This document shows positions 47,359 through 56,777 of a stretch of DNA of 64,000 nucleotides, piece after piece; position 1 is the first letter of the stretch; each line of letters opens with the position of its first letter. Under the pieces are notes generated by a model. It saw nothing but the letters and a program-made list of their open reading frames with translations, was not told the origin of the DNA and did not search any database. Source of the DNA: Candidatus Sericytochromatia bacterium (GTDB taxonomy: Bacteria > Cyanobacteriota > Sericytochromatia > S15B-MN24 > UBA4093); the NCBI GenBank assembly GCA_036676495.1, contig JAKFCT010000080.1:1-64000 (forward strand). Direction: 5' to 3'. Made by a program: the position numbers and the translations under genes.

Positions 47359-48750
47359 CTAGTAAAGGCCGAACCAGAGGTAGGCGGCGATCGCCACGAA
47401 GACGGCCGCGGTCTTGATGAGGGTCATGGCGAAGATGTCGCCGTAGGACTGCCGGTGGGTCAAGCCCGTGACCGCGAGCAAGGTGATCACCGCGCCGTTG
47501 TGGGGGAGCGTGTCCATGCCGCCGCTTGCCATCGAGGCCACGCGGTGCAGGACCTCCGGGGGAATGCCCATGGCCGAGGCCTGCTGCAGGTAGGTCTGCC
47601 CCATGGTCGCCAGGGCGATGCTCATGCCGCCGGAGGCCGAGCCGGTCACGCCGGCGAGCGTGGTGGTCGTGACGGCCTCGTTGACCAGGGGATGGCCGAT
47701 GGCCGACCCCAGGGCGGCGCTGATGGTCTTGAAGCCGGGCATGGCCGCGATGATGGCCCCGAACCCGTACTCCGAGGCCGTGTTGAGGGAGGCCAGCATG
47801 GCGCCTCCCACGGCGGCGTTGATCCCGAGGCTGAGCTTGGCTTTCACCCGACCGAAGGAAAGGACGAGCACCAGCAGGATAGCCGCCACTAGGGCGATCT
47901 CCACCGACCAGAGGGCGCTGACCTTGGCGAGGGTGATGCTTTCGCCGGGCAGGCCAAACGCGGAGAGGTCGATGCTGGCGGGATAGAGCTTGGGCATGGC
48001 ATCGGTCAGGCCCTTGTTGAGGGCGGCCACGACGAGCAGTGGCAGCACGGCCAGGGCCGGGTGGGGAAGCGAGGCGGTTTCGACGGCTTCCGGCTCGTTG
48101 CTGTGGTTCGTTCCGTATCCCTCTCCGGCGCTTTGGGCCTTCCGACGTCGCCATTCCAGGTACGTCAGGCCGAAAACCAGCACGAAGGCGGCCCCCAGCA
48201 GGCCCATGCGGGGGGCAGCCCAGGTGGTGGTGTTGAAGAAGGTGGTGGGGATGAGGTTCTGGATTTGCGGGGTGCCGGGCAGGGCGTCCATGGTGAAGGT
48301 GAAGGCGCCGAGGGCGATGGTTCCGGGGATGAGGCGCTTGGGGATGTCGAGTTGCTTGAACATCTCGGCGGCAAAGGGGTAGACGGCGAAGGCGACGACG
48401 AAGAGGGAGACTCCGCCGTAGGTGAGCAGGGCGCAGACCAGGACGATGGTGAGCATGGCGTGTCGGGCGCCCACCAGGCGGATCACGGCCTGGATGATGC
48501 TCTTGGAGAAGCCCGAGAGTTCGATGACCTTGCCGAAGAGGGCTCCCAGGAGGAAGACGGGGAAGTAGAGCTTGATGAAGCCGACCATCTTGCCCATGAA
48601 GAGCTCGGAGTAGAGGGGCATGACGTGGGCGGGGTAGGTCATCAGGACGGCGAGGATCGCGGCGAGCGGCGCGAAGAGGATCACGCTATACCCGCGGTAG
48701 GCGGCCAAGATCAGGATGCCCAGGGCGATGAGGATGGTGAGGACGTCCAT
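47359..48750 (-). CDS. GntP-family permease (3-hydroxybutyrate permease-like)
   Basis: FPVFLLGA, LTYGGVSLFVV, PGTPQIQN, GSASGG, DTLPHNGAV; adjacent to bdhA. Confidence 0.87.
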   Translation of the reverse strand: MDVLTILIALGILILAAYRGYSVILFAPLAAILAVLMTYPAHVMPLYSELFMGKMVGFIKLYFPVFLLGALFGKVIELSGFSKSIIQAVIRLVGARHAMLTIVLVCALLTYGGVSLFVVAFAVYPFAAEMFKQLDIPKRLIPGTIALGAFTFTMDALPGTPQIQNLIPTTFFNTTTWAAPRMGLLGAAFVLVFGLTYLEWRRRKAQSAGEGYGTNHSNEPEAVETASLPHPALAVLPLLVVAALNKGLTDAMPKLYPASIDLSAFGLPGESITLAKVSALWSVEIALVAAILLVLVLSFGRVKAKLSLGINAAVGGAMLASLNTASEYGFGAIIAAMPGFKTISAALGSAIGHPLVNEAVTTTTLAGVTGSASGGMSIALATMGQTYLQQASAMGIPPEVLHRVASMASGGMDTLPHNGAVITLLAVTGLTHRQSYGDIFAMTLIKTAAVFVAIAAYLWFGLY

Positions 48751-48751
48751 T

Positions 48752-49885
48752 TCAGGCCCTCCGGGGGGCGTCGAGGCAGGCGCGGATGGCGTCCGAGGCC
48801 TCGGCGATCGCCGAGAGGCCTGCGAGGTGGCCGCCGGCGGCGGAAAGCGCGTGCACGTCGAAGGGGACTCCGGCCTGGGAGAGGGCCGTGACGAGGGGAT
48901 CGTGGTAGCTGGCGGCGGGGAGCAGCTGGTCTCCCTGGGCGGGGATGAGCAGGACGCGGGCCTGGAGGCGGGAGAGGGCGTCGGTCATGGAGCGTTGTCC
49001 GAGGGCGAGGTCCCAGCGCATGTTGGTGCGGAGCATGGCGAGCCAGGCGTTGGCGTCGCAGAACTTGGCGCGGAGGCGGGGTTCCTTGGCGAGCCAGCTT
49101 TCGATGGCCCATTCGCCGGTGCCGAGGGGGGCGGGCATGCGGCCGAACTTTTCTTGAAGTTCGTCCGAGCCGCTCGCCGTGACGATCATGAGCTCGATGG
49201 CGAGGGCGAGGCCGTCGAGGGGTGGGTCTTTGGGGTCGTAGCGGCCGTTCTGGAACTTGGGGTCGAGGCGGATGGCCTGCTCCATGGCGTGGTAGAGGCC
49301 GATTTCGCGGGCGCGGAACTCGGCGAGGCCGATGGCGACGATGCAGCGTTCGACCATGGTGGGGTAGGAGGCGGCCCATGCGAGGGCCTGGATGCCTCCG
49401 AAGGAGGGGCCGGCGACGGCGGCGAGGCGGGTCACGCCGAGTTGTTCGAGCAGGAGGCGCTGGGCGAGGACGGTGTCGCGGACGTCGAGGGCGGGGAAAT
49501 CGGGGCCGTAGGGTTTACCGGTGGCCGGGTCGAGGCTGGCGGGGCCGGTGGTGAGGCCGTGGGGGGCGTCCGTGCGGACGCAGCCGAGGGCGTCGGTGGA
49601 GACGACGAAGTAGCGATCGGTGTCGATGGCCTTGCCGGGTCCGATGATGGCGTCCCACCAGCCGGGGGCGGCATCGGAGTCGGAGTAGCGGCCGGCGGCG
49701 TGGGAGTGGCCGGAGAAGTGGTGGCAGACGAGGACGGCGTTGTCGCCGGCGGCGTTGAGTTGGCCGGCGGTTTCGTAGCCGAGGGTGACGTCGTGAAGCA
49801 TGGCGCCGGAGCGCAAGGCCAGGCGTTCAAGCTGGGCGTGTCGCTTGCGCATGAGCAGAGTGGACGAAGCGGGAGCGGTGGCCAT
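48752..49885 (-). CDS. MetX-like (homoserine O-acetyltransferase fold) hydrolase/esterase
   Basis: GYETAG.LN..GDNAVLVCHHFSG, GWWDAIIGPGKAIDTDRYF, GPSFGG nucleophile, D and GHL catalytic residues. Confidence 0.8.
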   Translation of the reverse strand: MATAPASSTLLMRKRHAQLERLALRSGAMLHDVTLGYETAGQLNAAGDNAVLVCHHFSGHSHAAGRYSDSDAAPGWWDAIIGPGKAIDTDRYFVVSTDALGCVRTDAPHGLTTGPASLDPATGKPYGPDFPALDVRDTVLAQRLLLEQLGVTRLAAVAGPSFGGIQALAWAASYPTMVERCIVAIGLAEFRAREIGLYHAMEQAIRLDPKFQNGRYDPKDPPLDGLALAIELMIVTASGSDELQEKFGRMPAPLGTGEWAIESWLAKEPRLRAKFCDANAWLAMLRTNMRWDLALGQRSMTDALSRLQARVLLIPAQGDQLLPAASYHDPLVTALSQAGVPFDVHALSAAGGHLAGLSAIAEASDAIRACLDAPRRA

Positions 49886-49930
49886 GGCGGTATCCTCATC
49901 GAGAGCGTCCCTTGACAGAGGGAGGGTAGC

Positions 49931-50623
49931 GTGCGGCCGTTACGACGGCGTTACGGGTGGGGGCTGAAGGCCCGTGGCCCGCAGATCTGGAAGGGACTGG
50001 GGGTGGCGTTGCTGGTGGGGGGGGCGATCGCCCTCGCCCTGCGTTACCGCCACCTGATTGACCTGGGGTCGCTGCGCGTCGCGCTGGCGGGCTTGGGGCC
50101 GTGGGCGCCGTTGGGGTTGGTGGCGCTTTTCGTCGTGCAGCAGCTTCTGCCGGTCTTTCCGAATTTTCTCTTGATCGCGCTGTCGGGGTTGTTCTTCGGG
50201 CTTCCGTGGGGGGTGGTCTGGGCGTGGCTGGGGATCGTGGTCTCGGCGGGCGTGCTCTATGGGCTGGGGACGCGCTGGGGGCGGCGCCTGATCGGGGGGA
50301 TGGTCGGCGACGAGCGCCTGCTGATTGCCGAGACGCTGATGCTGCGGCGGGGGGCGTGGGCCTTGTTGGGGATCCGGATGATCCCCGTGCTGCCGTCGTA
50401 CCTGGTGAGTTACCTGGCGGGGATCGTGCGGGTGCCGTTTGGCGTGTACCTGGTGGGGACGGCCATCGGGGTCTTGCCGGGCACCTTGCTTTACGCGCTC
50501 CTGGGGGAGCGCATCACCCGGCCGGCGGATCCGTGGTTCTGGGTGGCGCTCTTGGGGCTCGGGGCCCTGTCGGGAATGGCCCTGGAAATCGATCGCCGGG
50601 TCAAGCGCCAGGGACATCCTTGA
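49931..50623 (+). CDS. TVP38/TMEM64 (DedA/VTT) family membrane protein
   Basis: SGLFFG, RMIPVLP...SYLAG...GTAIGVLP. Confidence 0.85.
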   Translation: MRPLRRRYGWGLKARGPQIWKGLGVALLVGGAIALALRYRHLIDLGSLRVALAGLGPWAPLGLVALFVVQQLLPVFPNFLLIALSGLFFGLPWGVVWAWLGIVVSAGVLYGLGTRWGRRLIGGMVGDERLLIAETLMLRRGAWALLGIRMIPVLPSYLVSYLAGIVRVPFGVYLVGTAIGVLPGTLLYALLGERITRPADPWFWVALLGLGALSGMALEIDRRVKRQGHP

Positions 50624-50694
50624 GTCCGCTCGATTCCCATCTTTTCGCTTGAGTCTTCTGCTTGGTTAAGGTAAGTTAGTTTTTGTGTCGCTTA

Positions 50695-50716
50695 ACATTT
50701 CGTGATTCCGAAATGT
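50695..50716. promoter_or_regulatory. Putative operator upstream of aceBA
   Basis: Perfect inverted repeat ACATTTCG-TGATTC-CGAAATGT in the AT-rich promoter region. Confidence 0.55.
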
Positions 50717-50859
50717 GACGTCGCGGTCGCGAGTTGCGCGTGAACGCGTCCCCGTACGGCATTCGAGCTGGCATGAGCCGGCGGTAGAACGGTGCGCCGC
50801 CGCGCGGCGATCCGCAGCCGGAACCGCCTTGCTGCGCGCTGAAGAGGAGGATCTCCCCC

Positions 50860-52431
50860 GTGATTCAGATCGAAGGTTTGACCCTTCGGGCGCCGGTGCG
50901 CCCTGAGGACGAGGATGTCCTGACCCCGGAGGCCCTGTCCTTCGTCCATCGCCTGGCGAAGCGGTTCGAGGCGGATCGCAGGGCCTTGCTGGAGGCCCGC
51001 GATCGCCGACAGGAGCGCCTGCGATCCGGAGAGTTCCCGGACTTCCTGGCAGAGACGGCGGATGTTCGTCAGGCGAACTGGAAGGTTGCCGAGGCGCCCA
51101 AGGATCTGCTCGATCGGCGCGTGGAGATCACGGGCCCCACGGACTGCAAGATGATGATCAACGCCCTCAATTCGGGCGCCAAGGTCTTCATGGCGGATCT
51201 CGAGGACGCGACGACCCCCACCTGGCGCAACATGATCGACGGGCAGCGCCACCTCATGCAGGCCGTCCGCCGCAAGCTCAGGCTGGATACCCCCTCCAAG
51301 GTCTACACGCTCAAGCCCGAGATCGCGACCCTGGTCGTGCGGCCTCGCGGCTGGCACCTGGTCGAGAAGCACGTCGAGATCGAGGGCATGCCCATCTCGG
51401 CCAGCCTCTTCGACTTCGGACTCTACCTCTTCCACAACGCCCACGAGCTGATCCGCCGGGGCTCGGGCCCGTACTTCTACCTGCCCAAGCTGGAGAGCCA
51501 CCTGGAGGCGCGCCTCTGGAACGCGGTCTTCAATACGGCGCAGGACGAGCTGGGGATTCCGCGCGGGACCATCCGCGCGACGGTGCTGATCGAGACCATC
51601 CTCGCGGCCTTCGAGATGGAGGAGATCCTCTACGAGTTGAAGGACCATGCCTCCGGCCTCAACGCCGGCCGCTGGGACTACATCTTCAGCCTGATCAAGA
51701 AATTCTCGCACCGTCCCGACTTCGTGCTTCCCGACCGCGCGATGGTGACGATGACCGTGCCCTTCATGGCGGCCTACGCGGATCTCCTGGTCAAGACCTG
51801 CCACAAGCGGGGCGCCCATGCGATCGGAGGGATGGCGGCATTCGTCCCCAGCCGCAAGGACCAGAAGATCAACGACGTGGCCATGGCCAAGGTCCGCGAG
51901 GACAAGGTTCGCGAGGCCAAGCTCGGCTTCGACGGGACCTGGGTGGCGCACCCGGACCTGGTGCCTCTGGCTCAGCGGGAATTCGACGCCGTGCTGGGCG
52001 ACGCTCCTCACCAGAAGCAGATCCGGCGCGAGGAGGCGAGGGTCGAGGCCCGCAATCTCCTGGATCTGGCGATTCCCGCCGCCCAGGTGACCGAGGAGGG
52101 GCTGCGCAACAACGTGAGCGTGGCGCTCCAGTACCTGGATTCTTGGCTGGGCGGCACCGGTGCGGTGGCCATCTTCAGCCTGATGGAGGACGCCGCGACC
52201 GCCGAGATCTCCCGCGCGCAGATCTGGCAGTGGATCCGGCATGGCGTGAGGCTGCAAGACGGCCGCGCGGTGACGCCCGAGCTCTACAAGAAGCTGCGCG
52301 ACGAGGAGCTGAAGAAGCTCTCGGCTTCCCCGAACCTCTCGAAGGCAGCTGCGCTGCTGGACCGGCTCATCGAGTCGGAGAGGTTCATCGATTTCCTGAC
52401 GTTACCCGCCTACGAGGCGCTCGAGGGTTGA
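50860..52431 (+). CDS. aceB: Malate synthase A
   Basis: [45 protein letters not shown]. Confidence 0.97.
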   Translation: MIQIEGLTLRAPVRPEDEDVLTPEALSFVHRLAKRFEADRRALLEARDRRQERLRSGEFPDFLAETADVRQANWKVAEAPKDLLDRRVEITGPTDCKMMINALNSGAKVFMADLEDATTPTWRNMIDGQRHLMQAVRRKLRLDTPSKVYTLKPEIATLVVRPRGWHLVEKHVEIEGMPISASLFDFGLYLFHNAHELIRRGSGPYFYLPKLESHLEARLWNAVFNTAQDELGIPRGTIRATVLIETILAAFEMEEILYELKDHASGLNAGRWDYIFSLIKKFSHRPDFVLPDRAMVTMTVPFMAAYADLLVKTCHKRGAHAIGGMAAFVPSRKDQKINDVAMAKVREDKVREAKLGFDGTWVAHPDLVPLAQREFDAVLGDAPHQKQIRREEARVEARNLLDLAIPAAQVTEEGLRNNVSVALQYLDSWLGGTGAVAIFSLMEDAATAEISRAQIWQWIRHGVRLQDGRAVTPELYKKLRDEELKKLSASPNLSKAAALLDRLIESERFIDFLTLPAYEALEG

Positions 52432-52477
52432 GCGCACGGTTTGCTTCCCCATTCGATTGCGAAGGAGTGACAGGCTG

Positions 52478-53764
52478 ATGGCCAACGAGATGAAAACCCA
52501 GGTGACCGAGCTCTCGCGCACGTGGGCTCAGGATGCCCGCTGGAAAGGGATCCAGCGTGACTATACCGCCGAGGATGTGGTGAAGCTGCGTCCCTCGTTG
52601 ATGGTGGAGCACACCATGGCGAAGGCCGCTTCGGAGCGGCTCTGGAAGCTCTTGACCACCCAGAAGTGCGTCAACACCTTCGGAGCCCTGACGGGCGCGC
52701 AGGCGGTCCAGATGGTGAAGGCCGGCCTTCAATCCATCTACCTGAGTGGCTGGCAGGTGGCCGCCGACAACAACATGGCCGGTCAGACCTACCCCGACCA
52801 GAGCCTCTACCCCTCCAACTCGGTGCCGATGGTGGTGAAGCGCCTCAACAACGCCTTGATGCGCGCCGACCAGATCCATCGCCTCGAGGGCAACACGGAC
52901 ACCCACTGGTACGCACCCATCATCGCGGACGCGGAGGCCGGCTTCGGCGGTCCTCTGCATGCCTTCGAGCTGATGAAGGGCATGATCGAGGCCGGAGCGG
53001 GCGGCGTCCACTTCGAGGACCAGCTCGCCAGCGAGAAGAAATGCGGTCACCTGGGCGGCAAGGTCCTGGTGCCCACCTCGCAGTTCATCCGGACGCTCCA
53101 GGGCGCGCGGCTCGCCGCCGACGTCATGGGAGTCCCCACGGTGATCATCGCCCGGACGGACGCCCTCAACGCCACCTTGCTGACCAGCGACGTGGACGTG
53201 CGCGATCGTTCCTTCCTCACCGGCGAGCGCACCCCGGAGGGCTTCTTCCGGGTCAAGGACGGCATGGAGGCGACCATCACCCGCGCGCTCTCCTACGCCC
53301 CCTACGCCGACGTCCTCTGGTTCGAGACCAGCAAGCCCGACATGCAGGAAGCCAAGATCTTCGCCGACGCCATTCACGCCCAGTTCCCCGGCAAGATCCT
53401 CGCATACAACTGCTCGCCCTCCTTCAACTGGAAGAAGCACCTCGACGACAAGCAAATCGCCCGCTTCCAGGAGGAGTTGGCGACGATGGGCTACAAGTTC
53501 CAGTTCATTACGCTGGCGGGTTGGCACCTCATCAACCTGCATACCTTCGAGCTCGCGCAGGCCTACCGCCAGAAGGGCATGACGGCCTACGTCGACTTGC
53601 AGGAGCGGGAGTTCGCCGCTGAGCCGCAAGGCTACATGGCGACCCGGCACCAGCGCGAGGTCGGCACCTCGTACTTCGACCAGGTGCTCATGGCCATCAC
53701 GGGGGGCCAGGCGTCCACGGCGGCCCTCTCCGGGTCCACGGAAGCCGCCCAGTTCCGTCGCTAG
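52478..53764 (+). CDS. aceA: Isocitrate lyase
   Basis: [43 protein letters not shown]; AAGGAG RBS. Confidence 0.97.
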   Translation: MANEMKTQVTELSRTWAQDARWKGIQRDYTAEDVVKLRPSLMVEHTMAKAASERLWKLLTTQKCVNTFGALTGAQAVQMVKAGLQSIYLSGWQVAADNNMAGQTYPDQSLYPSNSVPMVVKRLNNALMRADQIHRLEGNTDTHWYAPIIADAEAGFGGPLHAFELMKGMIEAGAGGVHFEDQLASEKKCGHLGGKVLVPTSQFIRTLQGARLAADVMGVPTVIIARTDALNATLLTSDVDVRDRSFLTGERTPEGFFRVKDGMEATITRALSYAPYADVLWFETSKPDMQEAKIFADAIHAQFPGKILAYNCSPSFNWKKHLDDKQIARFQEELATMGYKFQFITLAGWHLINLHTFELAQAYRQKGMTAYVDLQEREFAAEPQGYMATRHQREVGTSYFDQVLMAITGGQASTAALSGSTEAAQFRR

Positions 53765-53784
53765 CCACCTGATTTCCAGCCAAC

Positions 53785-53808
53785 GGAGGGTCCCCTCGGG
53801 GGCCCTCC
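53785..53808 (+). terminator. Hairpin after aceA
   Basis: GGAGGGTCCCC-TC-GGGGGCCCTCC; no U-tract. Confidence 0.4.
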
Positions 53809-53827
53809 CGCGCATTCGGAGAGCCTC

Positions 53828-54328
53828 ATGACCTCCCCACCCGCGTCGTCCCGGCTGCCGGTCGGTTTGCTGGTCGTCATCACCGCCCTCCTGGCCGTCC
53901 TGGTGATCGGCCTGGTCGTCGGCGGCGTCATGGCGCTGCGCGTCCTCCCCGAGGCCATGGGCATCTTGCGCGAGATGAAGCAGGAATTGAAAGCCACGCG
54001 CCAGGCGACCCAGGAGCTCAGCGCCGAGGTCGACCGGATGAAGGCGATCGCCCAGGAGACCTCCACCGAGGCGGCTCAGCGGCAGCAGGCGTTGAAGAAA
54101 GCGATGCAGGCGCGCGCGCGCCGGACCCAGGAGCAGATGGCGGGCATCCAGCGCCGGCGCTCCAAGATTCCCGAGCCCGCCCCGTTCAATCCCCTGGCCA
54201 AGCTCGACGCGGTCATCGACCTCAACAAGATCATGGCCGACGAACTGCTGATCCTCAGCGGACACCTGGCCGACACCCAGACGGATCTGGCTGAGGCCCT
54301 GGGGCCGCTCCCCGTTCAGAAGAAATAA
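53828..54328 (+). CDS. Hypothetical membrane-anchored coiled-coil protein
   Basis: N-terminal TM followed by a Q/E/A-rich helical region; host-like codon usage. Confidence 0.65.
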   Translation: MTSPPASSRLPVGLLVVITALLAVLVIGLVVGGVMALRVLPEAMGILREMKQELKATRQATQELSAEVDRMKAIAQETSTEAAQRQQALKKAMQARARRTQEQMAGIQRRRSKIPEPAPFNPLAKLDAVIDLNKIMADELLILSGHLADTQTDLAEALGPLPVQKK

Positions 54329-54386
54329 CCCGGCAGAAATAGCCCGGTGCTATCGAACTCGCCTGCGCGAGAGACGGCGCCCGGCG

Positions 54387-56666
54387 CTAGCCGGCGTGGT
54401 CGGGAAGCTCGGGCTGGTCGAGGATCACCTCGATCTCGCGGGCCTCGTCCTTGCCGAGGTCCACCACCCAGAGCGAGCGGGTATGCGTGCCGTCGGAGAC
54501 GGTCAGGTGATGCTGCCCGATATCCACGTTCTCGAAGTCCCAGGTGCCCTTCTCGTCCGTCAGGCCCATGGTCCGCACGTTCAAGGTGGCGGTGCCGTTG
54601 GGAACGGCCTCTCCCGAGCGATAGCGAAGCTTGACCGTGAGCCTCGCGGAGGCTGCCTTCGGGGGCTGCAGGCCCTGGAAGATCGCATAAGCCGCCTCGC
54701 GGGCCTGGGCGAGCGAGAGGCGGGCGTCGAAGCGGTCGAGCGGACCGGGGACGACCGTGACGGACGGGCAGGCGGGATGGATGAGCACGTAGCTCGAATA
54801 GGGCTTCGTGGCTCCCTTGGCGCCGGTCGCGCGCTCCAGGGCTCCGCGGATGGCCTCCGAGAGCTGCTTGCCCTTGGCGCTGGTGGGGTAGTGCTCGATC
54901 CGGAAGTCGTCCTCGCCTTCGGCGTTGAGCGCGACCGTCAGGAAGAGGGTGGCGCCGACCTCGTTGGCGAGCCGCACGCGCTGGATGTCGCTGACCATGT
55001 CGTCGCGTTCGCGCGTGAGCACGACGTTGGCTCCCGAGCCTTCCAGGTATTCGCGCAGGGCGTCGGCGATCTGCCAGTTCAGGGCGGAGGCCTGGTAGGC
55101 CCGCGCCGAGACGGGGCCGCGCTCGTCGCCGCCGCCGGCGGGGTTGATGACGATGACCTGATCGTGGAACGCTCCCGCATGGACCGGCTCCATCTGGAGG
55201 TCGACGAAGGCCTTCTGGCGCAGACCGTAGGTCAGCGGCTTGTAGCCGGGGCGTTCGACCCGCAGTTCGGAAAGCTTCGCCGGGACGTCGGTGAACCAGA
55301 AGTAGCCGTCCTCGTTGGAGGTGGCGGTGAAGCGCTGGGTCGGTCCCACGGCCATGACCTGGGCTCCGGGGATGATCTTGCCGTCGCGGGTGGAGACGTA
55401 GCCCATCAAGGCGGGCTTGGCGATCGCCTCGAAGCCGAGCGACGCCGTGGCATTGCCGGTGGCGGCCGTGGCGGTGACGCGCTTGGCCTTTGCGGGTTCG
55501 ACGTTCTCGAGGTAGTTGACCGACTTGCCGCCCGAGGTCACGGTGGCGGAACGGTAGAATTGGCCGGCGGAGGTCGTCCAGGTCACCAACGTGCCATCGG
55601 CGACGGGGTTGCCGTTGGCGTCGTCGAAGCGGGCGACCAGGGGCATCCTTCCGCTCGGAGGCGGCGCGCCCAGCGGGTTGGCGAGGGTGGCGCGGGTGGC
55701 GGGGTTGTTGACGGTGACGAGGGCTTCGGCCTTGGGCGAGGTGTTGCCCTTCACGTTGCGGAAGCTGAGCGTGACGACGTGACTGCCGTTGGTGAGGGGC
55801 TCAGAGGGCTGATAGATGACCGAGCCCGTGACCGGATCGAAGCTGACGGGAACCTTCTTGCCGTCGAGGGTCATGACGATGGAGGCCGGGACCACCGGCG
55901 AGCCGTCCCCGTCGAGCTGGGCGGCGATCACCGGTCGGGCCGGGTCGGATCCTTCCTGCTTGGCGAAGTCCATGACCTTGGGAAGCCCGTTCTTGAAGTA
56001 GTCGGCGATGCCCAGAAAGTAGGACTGGGCTTCGAGCTGGATGGCGGCGGGCTGGCCGAGTTTGCGCTCGACGTCGGGGTGGCTGATGTAGGAGGCTTCG
56101 CCGAGGATGGCGGGGGCCTTCGAGTAGCGAAGCAGGAAGTAGTTGCCGGGGGCGAGCCGCTCCTTGGGCATGGCGAGGTTGCGGATCAGGCGGCGGTGGA
56201 TGCTCGCGCCGAGCTCGTAGGAGGGGCCGGCGTCGTCCATCTTGTAGTAGGTCTGGGTCTCGTCGAGCTGGTTCTTCGGCTCGAGGGTGGCGTTATGGTG
56301 AAGCGAGAGGAAGAGATCCGCGTTCTGGGCGTTGGCGAAGGTGACCCGGTCGGGAAGGCTCATGTCCTGGTCCTTGTCGCGGGTCAGGACGACCTCAGCG
56401 CCGGCCTGCCGCAGCAGCTTCGCCAGCTCCAGGGTGACCGCGAGGTTGACGTCCTTTTCCTTGAGGCCGCCGGGGCCCACCGCGCCGGGCTCCTTGCCGC
56501 CGTGGCCGGCGTCGAGCACGATCCGGCGGCCTGCGAGGCCTTGCCAATCCGTGGAGGGAAGCGCGTCGCGAAGCGCGGAGTAGGTGGCGCCGTCTGCACC
56601 TTTGGCATGAGCGCAGCCGCTCAGGGCCGCGGCGAGGAGAATCATGAGCAGGCGGTTATGGAGCAC
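54387..56666 (-). CDS. N-acetylmuramoyl-L-alanine amidase lipoprotein with tandem Amidase_3 domains
   Basis: Lipobox LSGC; domain 1 LDAGHGG...EKD...SLHHN...E intact; second Amidase_3-like domain (VVLTR...RVRLAN) degenerate; Ig-like domains between. Confidence 0.88.
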   Translation of the reverse strand: MLHNRLLMILLAAALSGCAHAKGADGATYSALRDALPSTDWQGLAGRRIVLDAGHGGKEPGAVGPGGLKEKDVNLAVTLELAKLLRQAGAEVVLTRDKDQDMSLPDRVTFANAQNADLFLSLHHNATLEPKNQLDETQTYYKMDDAGPSYELGASIHRRLIRNLAMPKERLAPGNYFLLRYSKAPAILGEASYISHPDVERKLGQPAAIQLEAQSYFLGIADYFKNGLPKVMDFAKQEGSDPARPVIAAQLDGDGSPVVPASIVMTLDGKKVPVSFDPVTGSVIYQPSEPLTNGSHVVTLSFRNVKGNTSPKAEALVTVNNPATRATLANPLGAPPPSGRMPLVARFDDANGNPVADGTLVTWTTSAGQFYRSATVTSGGKSVNYLENVEPAKAKRVTATAATGNATASLGFEAIAKPALMGYVSTRDGKIIPGAQVMAVGPTQRFTATSNEDGYFWFTDVPAKLSELRVERPGYKPLTYGLRQKAFVDLQMEPVHAGAFHDQVIVINPAGGGDERGPVSARAYQASALNWQIADALREYLEGSGANVVLTRERDDMVSDIQRVRLANEVGATLFLTVALNAEGEDDFRIEHYPTSAKGKQLSEAIRGALERATGAKGATKPYSSYVLIHPACPSVTVVPGPLDRFDARLSLAQAREAAYAIFQGLQPPKAASARLTVKLRYRSGEAVPNGTATLNVRTMGLTDEKGTWDFENVDIGQHHLTVSDGTHTRSLWVVDLGKDEAREIEVILDQPELPDHAG

Positions 56667-56777
56667 GCGTAAATCCTCAAGGCATGGGCGTCGCTTCAGG
56701 GCGGCGTCGCGATTGCTGGACTGAGGACTGTATACCCGTCCCAGGGACGGGAATCAACCACGCGTCGCGGAGGGGCC

